Below, piece by piece: positions 1-13,313 of a stretch of 64,000 nt of DNA. The stretch is from an uncultured Thermoanaerobaculia bacterium (GTDB taxonomy: Bacteria > Acidobacteriota > Thermoanaerobaculia > Multivoradales > JAGPDF01): assembly GCA_964618415.1 (NCBI GenBank), contig CAZUAT010000002.1:47758-111757 (forward strand), in the 5' to 3' direction. Made by a program: the position numbers and the translations under genes. Position 1 is the stretch's first letter. Each line of letters begins with the position of its first letter. The notes under the pieces were generated by a model. That model made no database searches. It worked only from the letters and a program-made list of their open reading frames with translations, and was not told the DNA's origin.

Positions 1-1230
1 GAAGAAGCGCAGGTCGCGCTGTTCGAGGGAAACCAGGCGCTGCAGCTCCTCGAGGCTCTCGGTGGCGGCACCGGCCGACTCCGGCAGCAGGCGCCGCGCG
101 GCGGCGAGGCGCAGTCCGAAGCCGGTCCACGACTGCAGCGCTCCGTCGTGCAGATCGCGGGCCAGACGGACCCGCTCCTCGGTGGCGGCACCGGCGCGCA
201 TGCGGTCGATCAGCTCGAGGCCTTCGATGCGCGCTCCCGCCAGCGCGGCGGTGATCTCTGCCAGCACCAGCTCGTCGGCGGTGGCGGCGATCGGGTCGAC
301 CACGAACATGCGCAGGCGGACGAGCTCGCCGTGCCAGACCGCCGACAGGAGCGATCGCCCCCCGAGCCGGGCGGCCAGCTTCGGGTGGAGCGGCTGGTCG
401 CCGCTCCAGCGCGCAAAGTGGCCGCCATGATGGGTCAGAACCTCCGCCGTGCGGTCGCGGCGGGCGAGCAGGAAGCCGCCCTGGGCGAGCTCGTCGTGCA
501 CCAGTTCGTCGAGGCTCAGGCCGAGCCCGCCGCTTGGGAGCACCCCGGCGCGGCTGGCGAGGCGCAGCCGCGGCCGGTCGCGCACCGACCAGGCGAGCAC
601 CAGGTCGGCGCCGGGATGGACCCGCGCTGCGTGGGCGAGCAGCTCACCGAGCACCCGGTCAGGGTCGCCGGCGGTCAGATGCGGCCAGTCGGCCAGCAGC
701 GCCAGTTCGGCGCGCGTCCGCTCCTGGTGCCATCCGAGGTAGCCGAGCAGGAAGGCGACCACGGCCATGTAGACCCCGCGGATCACCCAGTCGTTGAGCT
801 GGAAGCTGGGGTCCCGCAGCACCTCGGCGAAGTAGTAGCCGAAGCCGAGGAAGGCGGCCAGGCTGGCGACCGCCGTCCACAGCGTCCCGCGCCAGCGCCA
901 GCGCAGCGTGGCGCAGACCAGCGAGAAGACGAAGTAGGCGATGAACGGGCTGGCCGGGCCGGAGGTGAAGTAGGTAAAGGTCGAAAAGAAGAGCAGGTCG
1001 AAAACGTGCTCGGTCAGGGCCCCCCAGCGGCTGGTGCGCGGCGCCCGCCAGGTGTAGAGGGCGAGCAGACTCGAGTACGCGAGGTAGGCGGCCAGCAGCC
1101 CGTACGCGATGGCGGCGTACTTTGCCGGCTCCGATGGATCCCGCCAGAGCGCCAGCAGCGAGGAGGCCGCGATGACGACGCGGCCGCCGGCGATCAGGCG
1201 CTCGGCGCGTCGCCGGGGGGGGAAGGGCAT
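1..1230 (-). CDS. Sensor histidine kinase, HisKA_3 (NarX/LiaS/DesK-like) type, with a multi-TM N-terminal domain. It is partial because the C-terminal ATPase part lies upstream of the window.
   Basis: Reverse-strand translation from the ATG at 1228-1230 reads MPFPPRRRAERLIAGGRVVIAASSLLALWRDP. Several hydrophobic helices follow. The sequence ends at the window edge in ...RVRLARDLHDGALQSWTGFGLRL, which is the HisKA_3 H-box motif LHDxxxQ. It is not in the ORF track because it runs off the window. Confidence 0.6.
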   Translation of the reverse strand, partial: MPFPPRRRAERLIAGGRVVIAASSLLALWRDPSEPAKYAAIAYGLLAAYLAYSSLLALYTWRAPRTSRWGALTEHVFDLLFFSTFTYFTSGPASPFIAYFVFSLVCATLRWRWRGTLWTAVASLAAFLGFGYYFAEVLRDPSFQLNDWVIRGVYMAVVAFLLGYLGWHQERTRAELALLADWPHLTAGDPDRVLGELLAHAARVHPGADLVLAWSVRDRPRLRLASRAGVLPSGGLGLSLDELVHDELAQGGFLLARRDRTAEVLTHHGGHFARWSGDQPLHPKLAARLGGRSLLSAVWHGELVRLRMFVVDPIAATADELVLAEITAALAGARIEGLELIDRMRAGAATEERVRLARDLHDGALQSWTGFGLRLAAARRLLPESAGAATESLEELQRLVSLEQRDLRFF

Positions 1231-1346
1231 CGGCACGCGGCGATCCTACCGGGGCGACCGCAGCGCCCGATCTACCGAACGATAGAGGACTGATGTGCAA
1301 CCTTGGTCCGATTCCCGGCCGTTCGACGCCCGGATAGCCTTCGCGC

Positions 1347-1913
1347 ATGATCCGAAATCGCTCTCTCCTGACGCTCACTGTTCTGCTGCTCACCCCCGTC
1401 GCCCTCGTCGGCTGCGGACGCAAGAAGCCGGCGATCGCTCCCGCCGCTCCCGACGTGGCCGTCACCGAGCCGGCGACGCCGACGGTCGCCGACCCGGCCG
1501 AGTCGGACCCGATCGAGAACCCGCTCGATGGGGACCTGCTCGCCGCCAACGAGCATGCGTACGCCACCGGACTGCTGGGCGACATCTACTTCGAGTTCGA
1601 CCTCGCCTCGCTGAGCGAGCAGGCGCGCGAGCGCCTGGCGCGCAACGCCGACTTCCTGCGCTCTCACCCGGAGTTCGTAGTGCGTATCGAAGGGCACTGC
1701 GACGAGCGCGGCACCAACGACTACAACCTCGCCCTGGGCGAGCGCCGGGCGCATGCGGCGCGCGACTACATCGCGCAGCTCGGCATCCCCGCTCAGCGGT
1801 TGCGCACGGTCAGCTACGGTGAGGAGCGGCCGGTCTGTGCGCGCTCTGACGAGTCGTGCTGGCAGTCCAATCGCCGCGCTCATTTCGTCCTCGTCGAGCG
1901 CCTCGGCAGCTGA
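1347..1913 (+). CDS. pal: Peptidoglycan-associated lipoprotein Pal (OmpA-family C-terminal domain)
   Basis: It carries a lipoprotein signal with the lipobox LVGC. The OmpA_C motifs present are YFEFDLASL...RNADFL..., then HCDERGTNDYNLALGERRA, then YGEERP. Confidence 0.8.
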   Translation: MIRNRSLLTLTVLLLTPVALVGCGRKKPAIAPAAPDVAVTEPATPTVADPAESDPIENPLDGDLLAANEHAYATGLLGDIYFEFDLASLSEQARERLARNADFLRSHPEFVVRIEGHCDERGTNDYNLALGERRAHAARDYIAQLGIPAQRLRTVSYGEERPVCARSDESCWQSNRRAHFVLVERLGS

Positions 1914-1928
1914 CCCCGGCTGGGGTCA
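1911..1928. terminator. GC-rich hairpin between the convergent pal and punA genes, a possible bidirectional terminator
   Basis: TGACCCC-GGCT-GGGGTCA forms a perfect 7-bp stem with a 4-nt loop. It sits exactly between the two convergent stop codons. There is no T-tract, as expected in a high-GC genome. Confidence 0.35.
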
Positions 1929-1936
1929 GCGAGCGG

Positions 1937-2773
1937 TCAGCCGGCGGTGAGCCGGTCGTCGGCCAGCAGCTCGGCGAGCAGCTCGGCCAGACGACCGGAC
2001 GCCTGCCGGCCCGCCTGCAGCACCTCCTCGTGGTCGAGCGGTGTGTCGACGACGCCAGCCGCCGGGTTGGCGACGAGCGAGAGGACCAGGCAGTGCATCC
2101 CGAGGTGGCGGGCGGCAATGACCTCGTGCACCGTCGACATCCCGACCAGGTCGGCGCCCAGAGTGCGCAGCATCCGCACCTCGGCCGGCGTCTCGTACGC
2201 CGGCCCGGGCAGGCCGGCGTAGACCCCCTCGGGCAGCTCGAAGCCCAGCCCGGCTGCCGCTTCGCGCGCCAGCCGGCGCAGCGCCGGGGCGTATGCGCCG
2301 GTCATGTCGGGAAAGCGTGGTCCCCAGGAGGCGGGCGGTTCGCCGGCCAGCGGGGAGCTGCCGGTCAGGTTGAGCTGGTCGGCCACGGCGACCAGGGTGC
2401 CGGCCGGCCACTCGGTGCGCACGCCGCCGGCTGCGTTGCTCATGACCAGCGTCCGGGCGCCCAGCAGTGCCGCCAGGCGCAGCGGGAAGACCACCTGGGC
2501 GGGCGTGTAGCCCTGGTAGCCGTGCAGGCGACCGCGCAGGTAGAGCACCTGCCGACCCGCCGCGGTTTCGAAGCGCTCGAGGGTGTGGGCGTGCCCGGCG
2601 ACCGTGCGCAGCGGAAACGGCAGCCAGTCGGCCAGAGAGTCGGTGCCGTGACGGCGTCCCGGCAGGTCGACGCTGAGCCCCGAACCGGCGACCACGACGA
2701 CCTCCGGCTCGGGGTGACCGGCGGCGCGCCAGCGCGCCGCGGCCGCATCGAGAGCCTCCGCGAGGTGATCCAT
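1937..2773 (-). CDS. punA: Purine nucleoside phosphorylase (PNP family I, inosine/guanosine type)
   Basis: It spans 278 aa. PNP-family motifs present are VVVVAGSGLS, MSNAAGG, the MSTVHEVIAA motif and EEVLQAG. Confidence 0.8.
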   Translation of the reverse strand: MDHLAEALDAAAARWRAAGHPEPEVVVVAGSGLSVDLPGRRHGTDSLADWLPFPLRTVAGHAHTLERFETAAGRQVLYLRGRLHGYQGYTPAQVVFPLRLAALLGARTLVMSNAAGGVRTEWPAGTLVAVADQLNLTGSSPLAGEPPASWGPRFPDMTGAYAPALRRLAREAAAGLGFELPEGVYAGLPGPAYETPAEVRMLRTLGADLVGMSTVHEVIAARHLGMHCLVLSLVANPAAGVVDTPLDHEEVLQAGRQASGRLAELLAELLADDRLTAG

Positions 2774-2821
2774 GGCCGGCGATCCTATCCGTCCGACGCG
2801 ACCGCGCTATCCTTCGCCGCG

Positions 2822-4341
<1,520 letters not shown>

Positions 4342-4345
<4 letters not shown>

Positions 4346-5553
4346 GTCGCGGCGCGGCCGCCTCGTTCCCGCTCTACCTGGCGTGGCGCTACCTGCGCAG
4401 CACGCGGCGCGACGCGTTCACCAGCTTCCTGTCGGCGGTCGCGGCGGGCGGCATCGGCCTCGGCGTGGCCGCGCTGGTGCTCGCGCTCGGCGCCCTGGCC
4501 GGGATGCAGCAGGCGCTGCGCAGTGAGATCGTCGCGCGCACGCCCGGCCTCGCGGTGACGCTGCCGCACGACGCCGATGCGCTGGCCGTCGCCGACCGGC
4601 TGGAGCGTGCTGCCGGCGTGACCGGCGTGCAGCGGATCCTGCCCGGCCGCGGCTGGCTGTTGACCTCCGGGCGGACGCAGCCCGTCGAACTGGTCGGCTT
4701 TTCGGGCGCCCTGCCGCCGTCGTTTCCCAACCCGTCGGGGTCGCAGCCCGGGCTCTACCTCGCCGACGTCGACGCCACCCGATTCGGACTCGTGCCCGGC
4801 GACATCGTCACCCTGGCGGCGCCGCGGCCGACCCTCACGCCGCTGGGGCCGCAGCCGCGGCTGCTCTCGGTGCGCCTCGAGGGGACGTTCGAGGCGGCGC
4901 CATCGGGCGACGAGGCGCGCGCCGCGCTGCCGCTCGAACGCGCCGAGATCCTGCTCGGAGCCGACCGGCCGGTGCGTCTCGAAGTGGCGGTGGACGACCT
5001 GGAGGCGGCTCCCGCGCTTGCCGCCGCGTGGCGCGAGGAACTGCCGGCGGGCACGCGCATCGAGACCTGGCGCGACCTCAACCGACCGTTGTTCTTTGCC
5101 CTCGCGCTGGAGCGCACCGTGCTGTTCCTGGCCGTCTCGCTGATTGTCGCGGTGGCGGCGGTGGCGCTGTTCTCGGATCTCCAGCTGGTCGCCTCGACCA
5201 AGCGGCGGGAGCTGGTGGTGCTGGGCGCGCTCGGTGCCGGTCCGGCTCAGCTGCGGCGGATGTTTCTGCTGCTCGGTGGCATGCTCGGCGCCCTGGGGGC
5301 CGTGGCAGGCGGGCTGGTCGGCTGGGTCGCCGCGGTCGTCTGTGACCGGTTCGAGCTGCTACGTGTGCCGACCGGCCTGTTGCTGTTCGATGCCCTTCCG
5401 TTCCGGGTGCGGCCGCACGATGTGGTTGCGGTCGTGCTCATGACCCTGGCGCTCACCTTCGCCTGTTCGGCGCTCGGCGCCCGGCGGGCGGCGGAGGTGG
5501 CGAGCGGAGAGGGCGATTCGCGCGGCGGGGGCCCGGGGAGCCTGCGCGCGTGA
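4342..5553 (+). CDS. Lipoprotein-releasing ABC permease, LolC/LolE (FtsX) family. Only a single copy is present.
   Basis: A GTG start overlaps the lysS stop. Translation begins FPLYLAWRYLRSTRRDAFTSFLS, which is the conserved LolC/E N-terminus. It has 4 TM helices and a large periplasmic loop. Confidence 0.8.
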
Positions 5554-6233
5554 GTGTCGCGGTTGCGGCCCGCGGGCTGGTCAAGTCGTACCGCGACGCG
5601 GCGCGCGAGGTGCCGGTGTTGTGCGGCGTCGACCTGGACCTGGCGCCGGGCGAGCTGGCAGCCGTGGTCGGGCCGTCGGGATCGGGCAAGTCGACCCTGC
5701 TGCATCTGCTCGGCGGGCTCGATCGACCGGACGCCGGCACGGTCGAGGTGGGAGGCCGCCGGATCGACACCCTGGCCGCCGACGACCTCGCCGCCTTTCG
5801 CAATCGCACCGTCGGATTCGTCTTTCAGTTCCATCAGCTGCTGGCCGACTTCACGGCGCTCGAGAACGTCGCCCTGCCGGGGCGCATCGCCGGTCTGGCG
5901 CCGCGCGAGCTGGCCGAGCGCGCCGAGGCGCTGCTCGCCGAGGTCGGCCTGGCCGAACGCGTCGACCACTTCCCGAGTCAGCTGTCGGGCGGGGAGCAGC
6001 AGCGGGTGGCGATCTGCCGCGCGCTGCTGCTCGAGCCGCCGCTGGTTCTGGCCGACGAGCCGACCGGCAATCTCGACGCCGCTGCCGGGGAGCAGGTCTT
6101 CGCGCTGCTGCAGGAGATGGTCGCCCGCCACGGGACCACAGCGCTGGTGGTCACCCACAACCGCGAGCTGGCGGCCCGGTGTGCTAGGCTTCTGACCTTG
6201 GAAGAGGGGCGGCTGCGCGTCGGAAGTGCCTGA
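5550..6233 (+). CDS. lolD: Lipoprotein-releasing system ATP-binding protein LolD
   Basis: It has Walker A GPSGSGKST, the signature LSGGEQQRVAICRAL and Walker B LVLADEPTGNLD. It overlaps the permease stop by 4 bp. Confidence 0.85.
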   Translation: MSVAVAARGLVKSYRDAAREVPVLCGVDLDLAPGELAAVVGPSGSGKSTLLHLLGGLDRPDAGTVEVGGRRIDTLAADDLAAFRNRTVGFVFQFHQLLADFTALENVALPGRIAGLAPRELAERAEALLAEVGLAERVDHFPSQLSGGEQQRVAICRALLLEPPLVLADEPTGNLDAAAGEQVFALLQEMVARHGTTALVVTHNRELAARCARLLTLEEGRLRVGSA

Positions 6234-6274
6234 GCTAGCTCGACTTCCGAGCCTGCTGCGACGACGGAGGCGAG

Positions 6275-8701
<2,427 letters not shown>

Positions 8702-8773
8702 GCCCGCACCCGGCCGGAGACACGCCCGGGAGGCCCGTGCGGGGCCCTCGGTATTCCGTTTGCAGCGTTTTTC
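8702..8773 (+). terminator. Putative intrinsic terminator downstream of clpC
   Basis: An inverted repeat GCCCGCAC...GTGCGGGGC is followed by a T-tract (..GCGTTTTT) in the 99-bp clpC-bamA spacer. Confidence 0.3.
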
Positions 8774-8800
8774 GGGGATGATCTTCCGCCCGACGGACTC

Positions 8801-11176
8801 ATGCGCGCCGCCAAGACGATCTTTCTGACCCTCGCCCTGACGCTTTTCCCGGCGCTCGCCTCCGCCGAGACGATCCGGGCCATCGAGTTCCGCGGCCTGC
8901 GTTCGGTGGCCGAGGAGACGCTGCGCTTCTACCTCGGCCTCGAGGAAGGGCGCGAGCTCGACGAGGCCGCCCTCAACCGGAACATCCTCGACTTGTGGAG
9001 TCGGCGGCTGCTCGACGACATCCGGGTCGAGAAGGAGCCGGCAGGGGACGGCGTCAAGCTCGTCGTAACGGTCGTCGAGCGGCCGATCCTGCGGTCACTC
9101 GACTTCAAGGGGCTCAAGCGCCTCTCGCGCACCGACATCAACGACCGGATGGCCAAGGAGCAGATCGACGTGCGCGAACGCGATCCGCTCGACATCGGCG
9201 AGATCCGACGCCTCGAGGTGGCCATCGAGGAGATGTACCGCGAGAAGGGCTTCCGGTTCGCCGACGCCACGTGGACGATGGAGGAGTCGGCTCCCGGCGA
9301 GCGCCGGGTGCTGTTCGCCATCGACGAGGCCGAAAAGGTCCGCATCGGGAAAATTGGCTTCGATGGCAACAAGGTCCACGGCGACCTGCGCCTGCGCTGG
9401 ACGATGAAGAAGACCAAGGAGACCAACCTCGTCTGGCGGATGTTCAAGAAGGACCTCTACAACGCCGCGACCGTGGAAGAGGACCTGGGCCTGGTGCGTG
9501 ACCTCTACCGCGCCGGCGGCTACAAGGACATCGAGCTGGGTGATCCGGAGCTGTCGGTCATCAACCGCCGCGGCAAGCGCCGGCTGGCGATCGACATCCC
9601 GGTCGACGAGCACGAGCGATGGAAACTGGGCAAGATCTCGACCGAAGGCAACCAGGTGTTCGCCACGGAGGCTCTGCTGCGCCGGTTCGAGAAGCCGCGC
9701 GGCGGCTGGCTGCGCTCGAAGGTGCTCGACAAGGGCGTCGAGGCGATCAACGAGACCTACCGCAACTACGGCCACATCTTCGCCCGCATCACGCCGGAGA
9801 TCGTCGAGGCGGGCGATCTGGTGGCCGACCTCGTCGTGCGCATCGAGGAGGGGGATCAGTATCGGGTCGGGCGCCTCGAGTTCGAGGGCAACACACGAAC
9901 GCGCGACAAGGTCCTGCGGCGCGAGTTTCGGGTGCACGAGGGCACGCTTCTGAACATGGGTGCCATCAAGAGCAGCCTGTTCAAGGTCAATCAGCTCGGT
10001 TACTTCAAGCTCGACGAAGACGAGCCGATCTCCTTCGAGAACTTCGACAGCGAGAAGAAGACGGTCGACCTCGTGCTGCACGGCCAGGAATCGGACCGCA
10101 CCGAGGTGCAGGTGGGCGGCGGCTACAGCGAGGGGTACGGCTGGTTCGGCCAGCTCTCGCTGCGCACCCAGAACTTCCTCGGGCGCGGCGAGTCGGTGGG
10201 CGTCTCGTTCCAGTCCGGCCGCTACGCCGACGAGTTCGACATCTCCTACTTCATCCCCTGGTTCCTGGATCGCCCGCAGTCGGTCGGCCTGCAGGTTTTC
10301 GACACCAAGCTCGACTACAGCGACATCTTCAACTTCGAGAACGCCCGCGAGAGCAGCGGCGCGGTGGCGACCTACGGGCGCAGTTTCCGCCTGTTCAACA
10401 GCTTTTCGACCAGCTTCACCCGCTCGGAGCTGTCCGGCACCACCACGATTCGCAACGCCCTCGGCGAGCTGGTGCCGATCGAGACCGACCTGTCGAACTC
10501 CTCGCTGCGGTTCGCCTACCGCTACGAGAGCCGCGACAGCCGTTTCGAGCCCACGGTCGGGACCGCGCTTTCTACCTCCCTCGAGTACGCCGGCGGATTC
10601 CTGGGTGGCGACAACTACTTCGTCCGGCCGGAGGTCGGGCTGAGCTGGTTCCGTCCGCTGGTGGAGAGCGGCAAGGTGCGGCCGCTGATTGCGTTCAATA
10701 TCGAGGGCGGGTTTGCCGATCCGTTCGGAGGGCGCGAGCTCGACTACTTCGAGCGCTACTTCCTGGGTGGCGAGAACAGCGTCCGCGGGTTCAACTACCG
10801 GTCGATCAGCGTGCGGTGTGAGGGCGGAGAGCCGATTCCGATCCGGCCCGAGGATCCCGTCTGCCACCGGGACGAGATCTACCCCGACGAGTTCGGACGC
10901 TCGCGCGGCGGCGACAAGTACGCCCAGTTCAATCTGGAGCTCCACCTCCTGCTGGGTGGCCCCTTCCGAGTGCTGGCGTTCTACGACGCCGCCAACGTCT
11001 TCGGTGACGACCAGTCGATCGACCTCGGGCGCCTGCGTTCGTCCGCCGGGATCGAGCTGCGCGTCTTCGTGCCGGTGTTCGGTGCTCCGCTGCGGTTCAT
11101 CTACGCGACCAACCTGGACGAGCTGCCGCTCGATCGTTTCGAGTCGTTCCAGTTCAGCATCGGCTCGACCTTCTGA
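8801..11176 (+). CDS. bamA: Outer membrane protein assembly factor BamA (Omp85; POTRA repeats plus a C-terminal beta-barrel)
   Basis: It spans 791 aa and has a signal peptide. POTRA-like repeats are present (IRAIEFRGLRSV, ILRSLDFKGL, KIGKIGFDGNKV, KLGKISTEGN, RVGRLEFEGN). A C-terminal bacterial surface antigen barrel ends in an aromatic residue (..FSIGSTF). Confidence 0.9.
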   Translation: MRAAKTIFLTLALTLFPALASAETIRAIEFRGLRSVAEETLRFYLGLEEGRELDEAALNRNILDLWSRRLLDDIRVEKEPAGDGVKLVVTVVERPILRSLDFKGLKRLSRTDINDRMAKEQIDVRERDPLDIGEIRRLEVAIEEMYREKGFRFADATWTMEESAPGERRVLFAIDEAEKVRIGKIGFDGNKVHGDLRLRWTMKKTKETNLVWRMFKKDLYNAATVEEDLGLVRDLYRAGGYKDIELGDPELSVINRRGKRRLAIDIPVDEHERWKLGKISTEGNQVFATEALLRRFEKPRGGWLRSKVLDKGVEAINETYRNYGHIFARITPEIVEAGDLVADLVVRIEEGDQYRVGRLEFEGNTRTRDKVLRREFRVHEGTLLNMGAIKSSLFKVNQLGYFKLDEDEPISFENFDSEKKTVDLVLHGQESDRTEVQVGGGYSEGYGWFGQLSLRTQNFLGRGESVGVSFQSGRYADEFDISYFIPWFLDRPQSVGLQVFDTKLDYSDIFNFENARESSGAVATYGRSFRLFNSFSTSFTRSELSGTTTIRNALGELVPIETDLSNSSLRFAYRYESRDSRFEPTVGTALSTSLEYAGGFLGGDNYFVRPEVGLSWFRPLVESGKVRPLIAFNIEGGFADPFGGRELDYFERYFLGGENSVRGFNYRSISVRCEGGEPIPIRPEDPVCHRDEIYPDEFGRSRGGDKYAQFNLELHLLLGGPFRVLAFYDAANVFGDDQSIDLGRLRSSAGIELRVFVPVFGAPLRFIYATNLDELPLDRFESFQFSIGSTF

Positions 11177-11231
11177 TTTCGCCCGCTATTTCGCGCACCC
11201 GCGCTCTGGCCCTTTACGAGGAGTACTCGAC

Positions 11232-11777
11232 ATGAAGCAGCGATTCCGATTCGTTCTCTTTGCGGCTTTCGGACTGGCGGCGCTGACCGCCACCGGCGCG
11301 CGCCTGGAGGCGCAGGAGACCAAGGTGGCAGTGATCGACGTGCGGCGCCTGGTGACCGATTCGGTGGCCGGCAAGGCGGCGCTCGACGAGCTCAAGCGGA
11401 TGCAGGACGAGAAGGTCGCCGAGGCGCGTACGCGGCAGGAGGAACTCGACACCCTCCGGCGCCGGATCTCGGAAGGACGCCTCTCGCTGGCCGACGACAA
11501 GCTCGCCGAGCTCAGCAAGGAGCTGGAGGAGAAGGCGACTGCCTTCCGCCGGTTCCAGGAGGACGCCGAGCGCGAGCTGTCGAAGCGCCAGGACGAGACC
11601 TACGCCGCGATCGAACGTCAGATGGCGCCGATCATCGAGGCGGCGGGCGCTGAGGGCGGCTACACGCTGATCTTCAACAAGTTCCAGAGCGGGCTGGTCT
11701 TCGCCGCCGAACAGGTCGACATCACCGACGAGATCATCCGGCGCTTCGACGCCGCGGCGGCGTCGGCCAAGCCCTGA
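11232..11777 (+). CDS. skp: Periplasmic chaperone Skp/OmpH
   Basis: It spans 182 aa. It has a signal peptide and a coiled-coil-rich OmpH-like sequence (KVAVIDVRRL...ELSKELEEKATAFRRFQE). It sits in the canonical position between bamA and lpxD. Confidence 0.8.
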   Translation: MKQRFRFVLFAAFGLAALTATGARLEAQETKVAVIDVRRLVTDSVAGKAALDELKRMQDEKVAEARTRQEELDTLRRRISEGRLSLADDKLAELSKELEEKATAFRRFQEDAERELSKRQDETYAAIERQMAPIIEAAGAEGGYTLIFNKFQSGLVFAAEQVDITDEIIRRFDAAAASAKP

Positions 11778-11781
11778 CCGC

Positions 11782-12825
11782 GTGACGGCGACGCTCGGTG
11801 AGCTCGCTGAGCTGACGGGAGGCCGCGTCGTCGGCGATCCGGCCCGGCAGATCCGGGCGGTTCGTCCCCTCGACTCTGCCGGTCCGGACGACCTGTCCTT
11901 TCTGACCGGCGCCGGCTACCTGGCTGCGGCGCGGGCCAGCCGGGCCGGCGCAATCCTGACCGGTCGGGAAACGGCCGGCCTGGCGGGCGACCAGCTCGTC
12001 GTGGCCCGGCCTTCGCTGGCTCTCGCTGCCATCCTGCGCCGCTTTCATCCGCTTCCCGCTCGGCGCCCCGGCATTCACACCACGGCAATCGTCGGGGAGG
12101 GCGCGACGGTCGATCCGACCGCCACGCTCGATGCGTGGACGGTGGTCGGCGAGCGCAGCCGGATCGGCGCCGGGGCCCACCTGCATCCGCACGTGGTCGT
12201 GGGGGCGGACTGTCGGATCGGCGAGCAGGTCGTGCTGCACCCGCACGTCGTCCTTTACCCCGGAGTGACGGTCGGCGACCGGACGGTGATCCACGCCGGC
12301 ACGGTCCTCGGCGCCGACGGGTTCGGTTACGCCACCGACGGCGGCGTGCACCACAAGATTCCACAGGTCGGCGGCGTCGAGATCGGCAGCGACGTCGAAG
12401 TGGGCGCCCTGAGCGCGATCGACCGCGCAGTGCTCGGCGCGACACGAGTTGGCGACGGCACGAAAATCGACAATCTGGTCCAGGTCGGACACAATGTCGT
12501 CATCGGTCGCGCCTCGATACTGTGCGGGCAGGCTGGCATCGCCGGCAGCGCTCGCCTGGGTGACGGAGTGGTACTCGCCGGGCAGGCGGGCGTCGGAGGG
12601 CATCTGACGCTGGGCGATCGCGTCCAGGTCGCTTCGAAGTCGGCGGTTTACGATTCGGTAGACCCGGGAACGCAGGTCGCCGGAATTCCGGCGGTGCCGA
12701 TCGGTGCCTGGCGGCGCCAGCAGGCGCTGCTGCGCCGCCTGGCAGCGCTGTTCCGTCGCGTGCGCGGGCTCGAGCGCCAGCCTGGCGACGGAGCGGCCGA
12801 GACGACAGAGGAGGAGCTGGATTGA
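11782..12825 (+). CDS. lpxD: UDP-3-O-(3-hydroxyacyl)glucosamine N-acyltransferase LpxD
   Basis: It has an LpxD N-terminal domain (LAELTGGRVVGD...LSFL) and a left-handed beta-helix with hexapeptide repeats. Its position in the skp-lpxD-fabZ-lpxA order is conserved. Confidence 0.9.
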   Translation: MTATLGELAELTGGRVVGDPARQIRAVRPLDSAGPDDLSFLTGAGYLAAARASRAGAILTGRETAGLAGDQLVVARPSLALAAILRRFHPLPARRPGIHTTAIVGEGATVDPTATLDAWTVVGERSRIGAGAHLHPHVVVGADCRIGEQVVLHPHVVLYPGVTVGDRTVIHAGTVLGADGFGYATDGGVHHKIPQVGGVEIGSDVEVGALSAIDRAVLGATRVGDGTKIDNLVQVGHNVVIGRASILCGQAGIAGSARLGDGVVLAGQAGVGGHLTLGDRVQVASKSAVYDSVDPGTQVAGIPAVPIGAWRRQQALLRRLAALFRRVRGLERQPGDGAAETTEEELD

Positions 12826-13313
12826 GCCAGAGTGCCTGGGACAGTCGATGGGTGATGTCGATTCTGCCGCACCGATACCCGCTGCTGCTCATCGATCGCG
12901 TGCTGGAGATCGAGCCGAGGCAGCGGATCGTGGCGCTGAAGAACTTCACCATCAACGAGGAGTTCTTCCAGGGGCATTTTCCGGGGCACCCGATCGTGCC
13001 CGGGGTGCTGTTGATCGAAGCGATGGCGCAGGCGGGCGGCCTTCTGCTGCTGCACGACGACCCGCATCGCGAGGACAAGCTGCTCTATTTCGGAGCCATC
13101 GAGCGGGCGCGTTTCCGGCGCCCGGTGGTCCCCGGTGACCAGGTCCGATTCGAGGTCGAAGTGCTGCGGATCAAGGCGGCGCACGCCAAGATCGGCGGCC
13201 GCGCGCTGGTAGACGGCAAGGTCCACGTCGAGGCCGAGCTGCTTTCGACGTTCGTGCCGCGTGGCCGGGCCGACGGAGCAGCGGCTGGCGGAGACGGCGC
13301 GGAGCCCCGTTGA
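12822..13313 (+). CDS. fabZ: 3-hydroxyacyl-ACP dehydratase FabZ
   Basis: Motifs are ILPHRYPLLLIDRVLE and then FFQGHFPGHPIVPGVLLIEAMAQAGG. The start is a TTG at 12822, which overlaps the lpxD stop. Alternative starts are GTG 12852 and ATG 12855. Confidence 0.9.
   Translation: MSQSAWDSRWVMSILPHRYPLLLIDRVLEIEPRQRIVALKNFTINEEFFQGHFPGHPIVPGVLLIEAMAQAGGLLLLHDDPHREDKLLYFGAIERARFRRPVVPGDQVRFEVEVLRIKAAHAKIGGRALVDGKVHVEAELLSTFVPRGRADGAAAGGDGAEPR

Noticed and set aside
148-1293. 381-aa plus-strand ORF at the window start
   Set aside because: It lies antisense to a convincing HisKA_3 sensor kinase on the minus strand. Its composition is a typical high-GC artefact: Ala/Arg/Gly/Pro-rich with no domains.
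9095-10945. 616-aa minus-strand ORF and several 150-400-aa plus/minus ORFs across 9-11.8 kb
   Set aside because: They lie antisense or off-frame within bamA and skp, whose identity is unambiguous.
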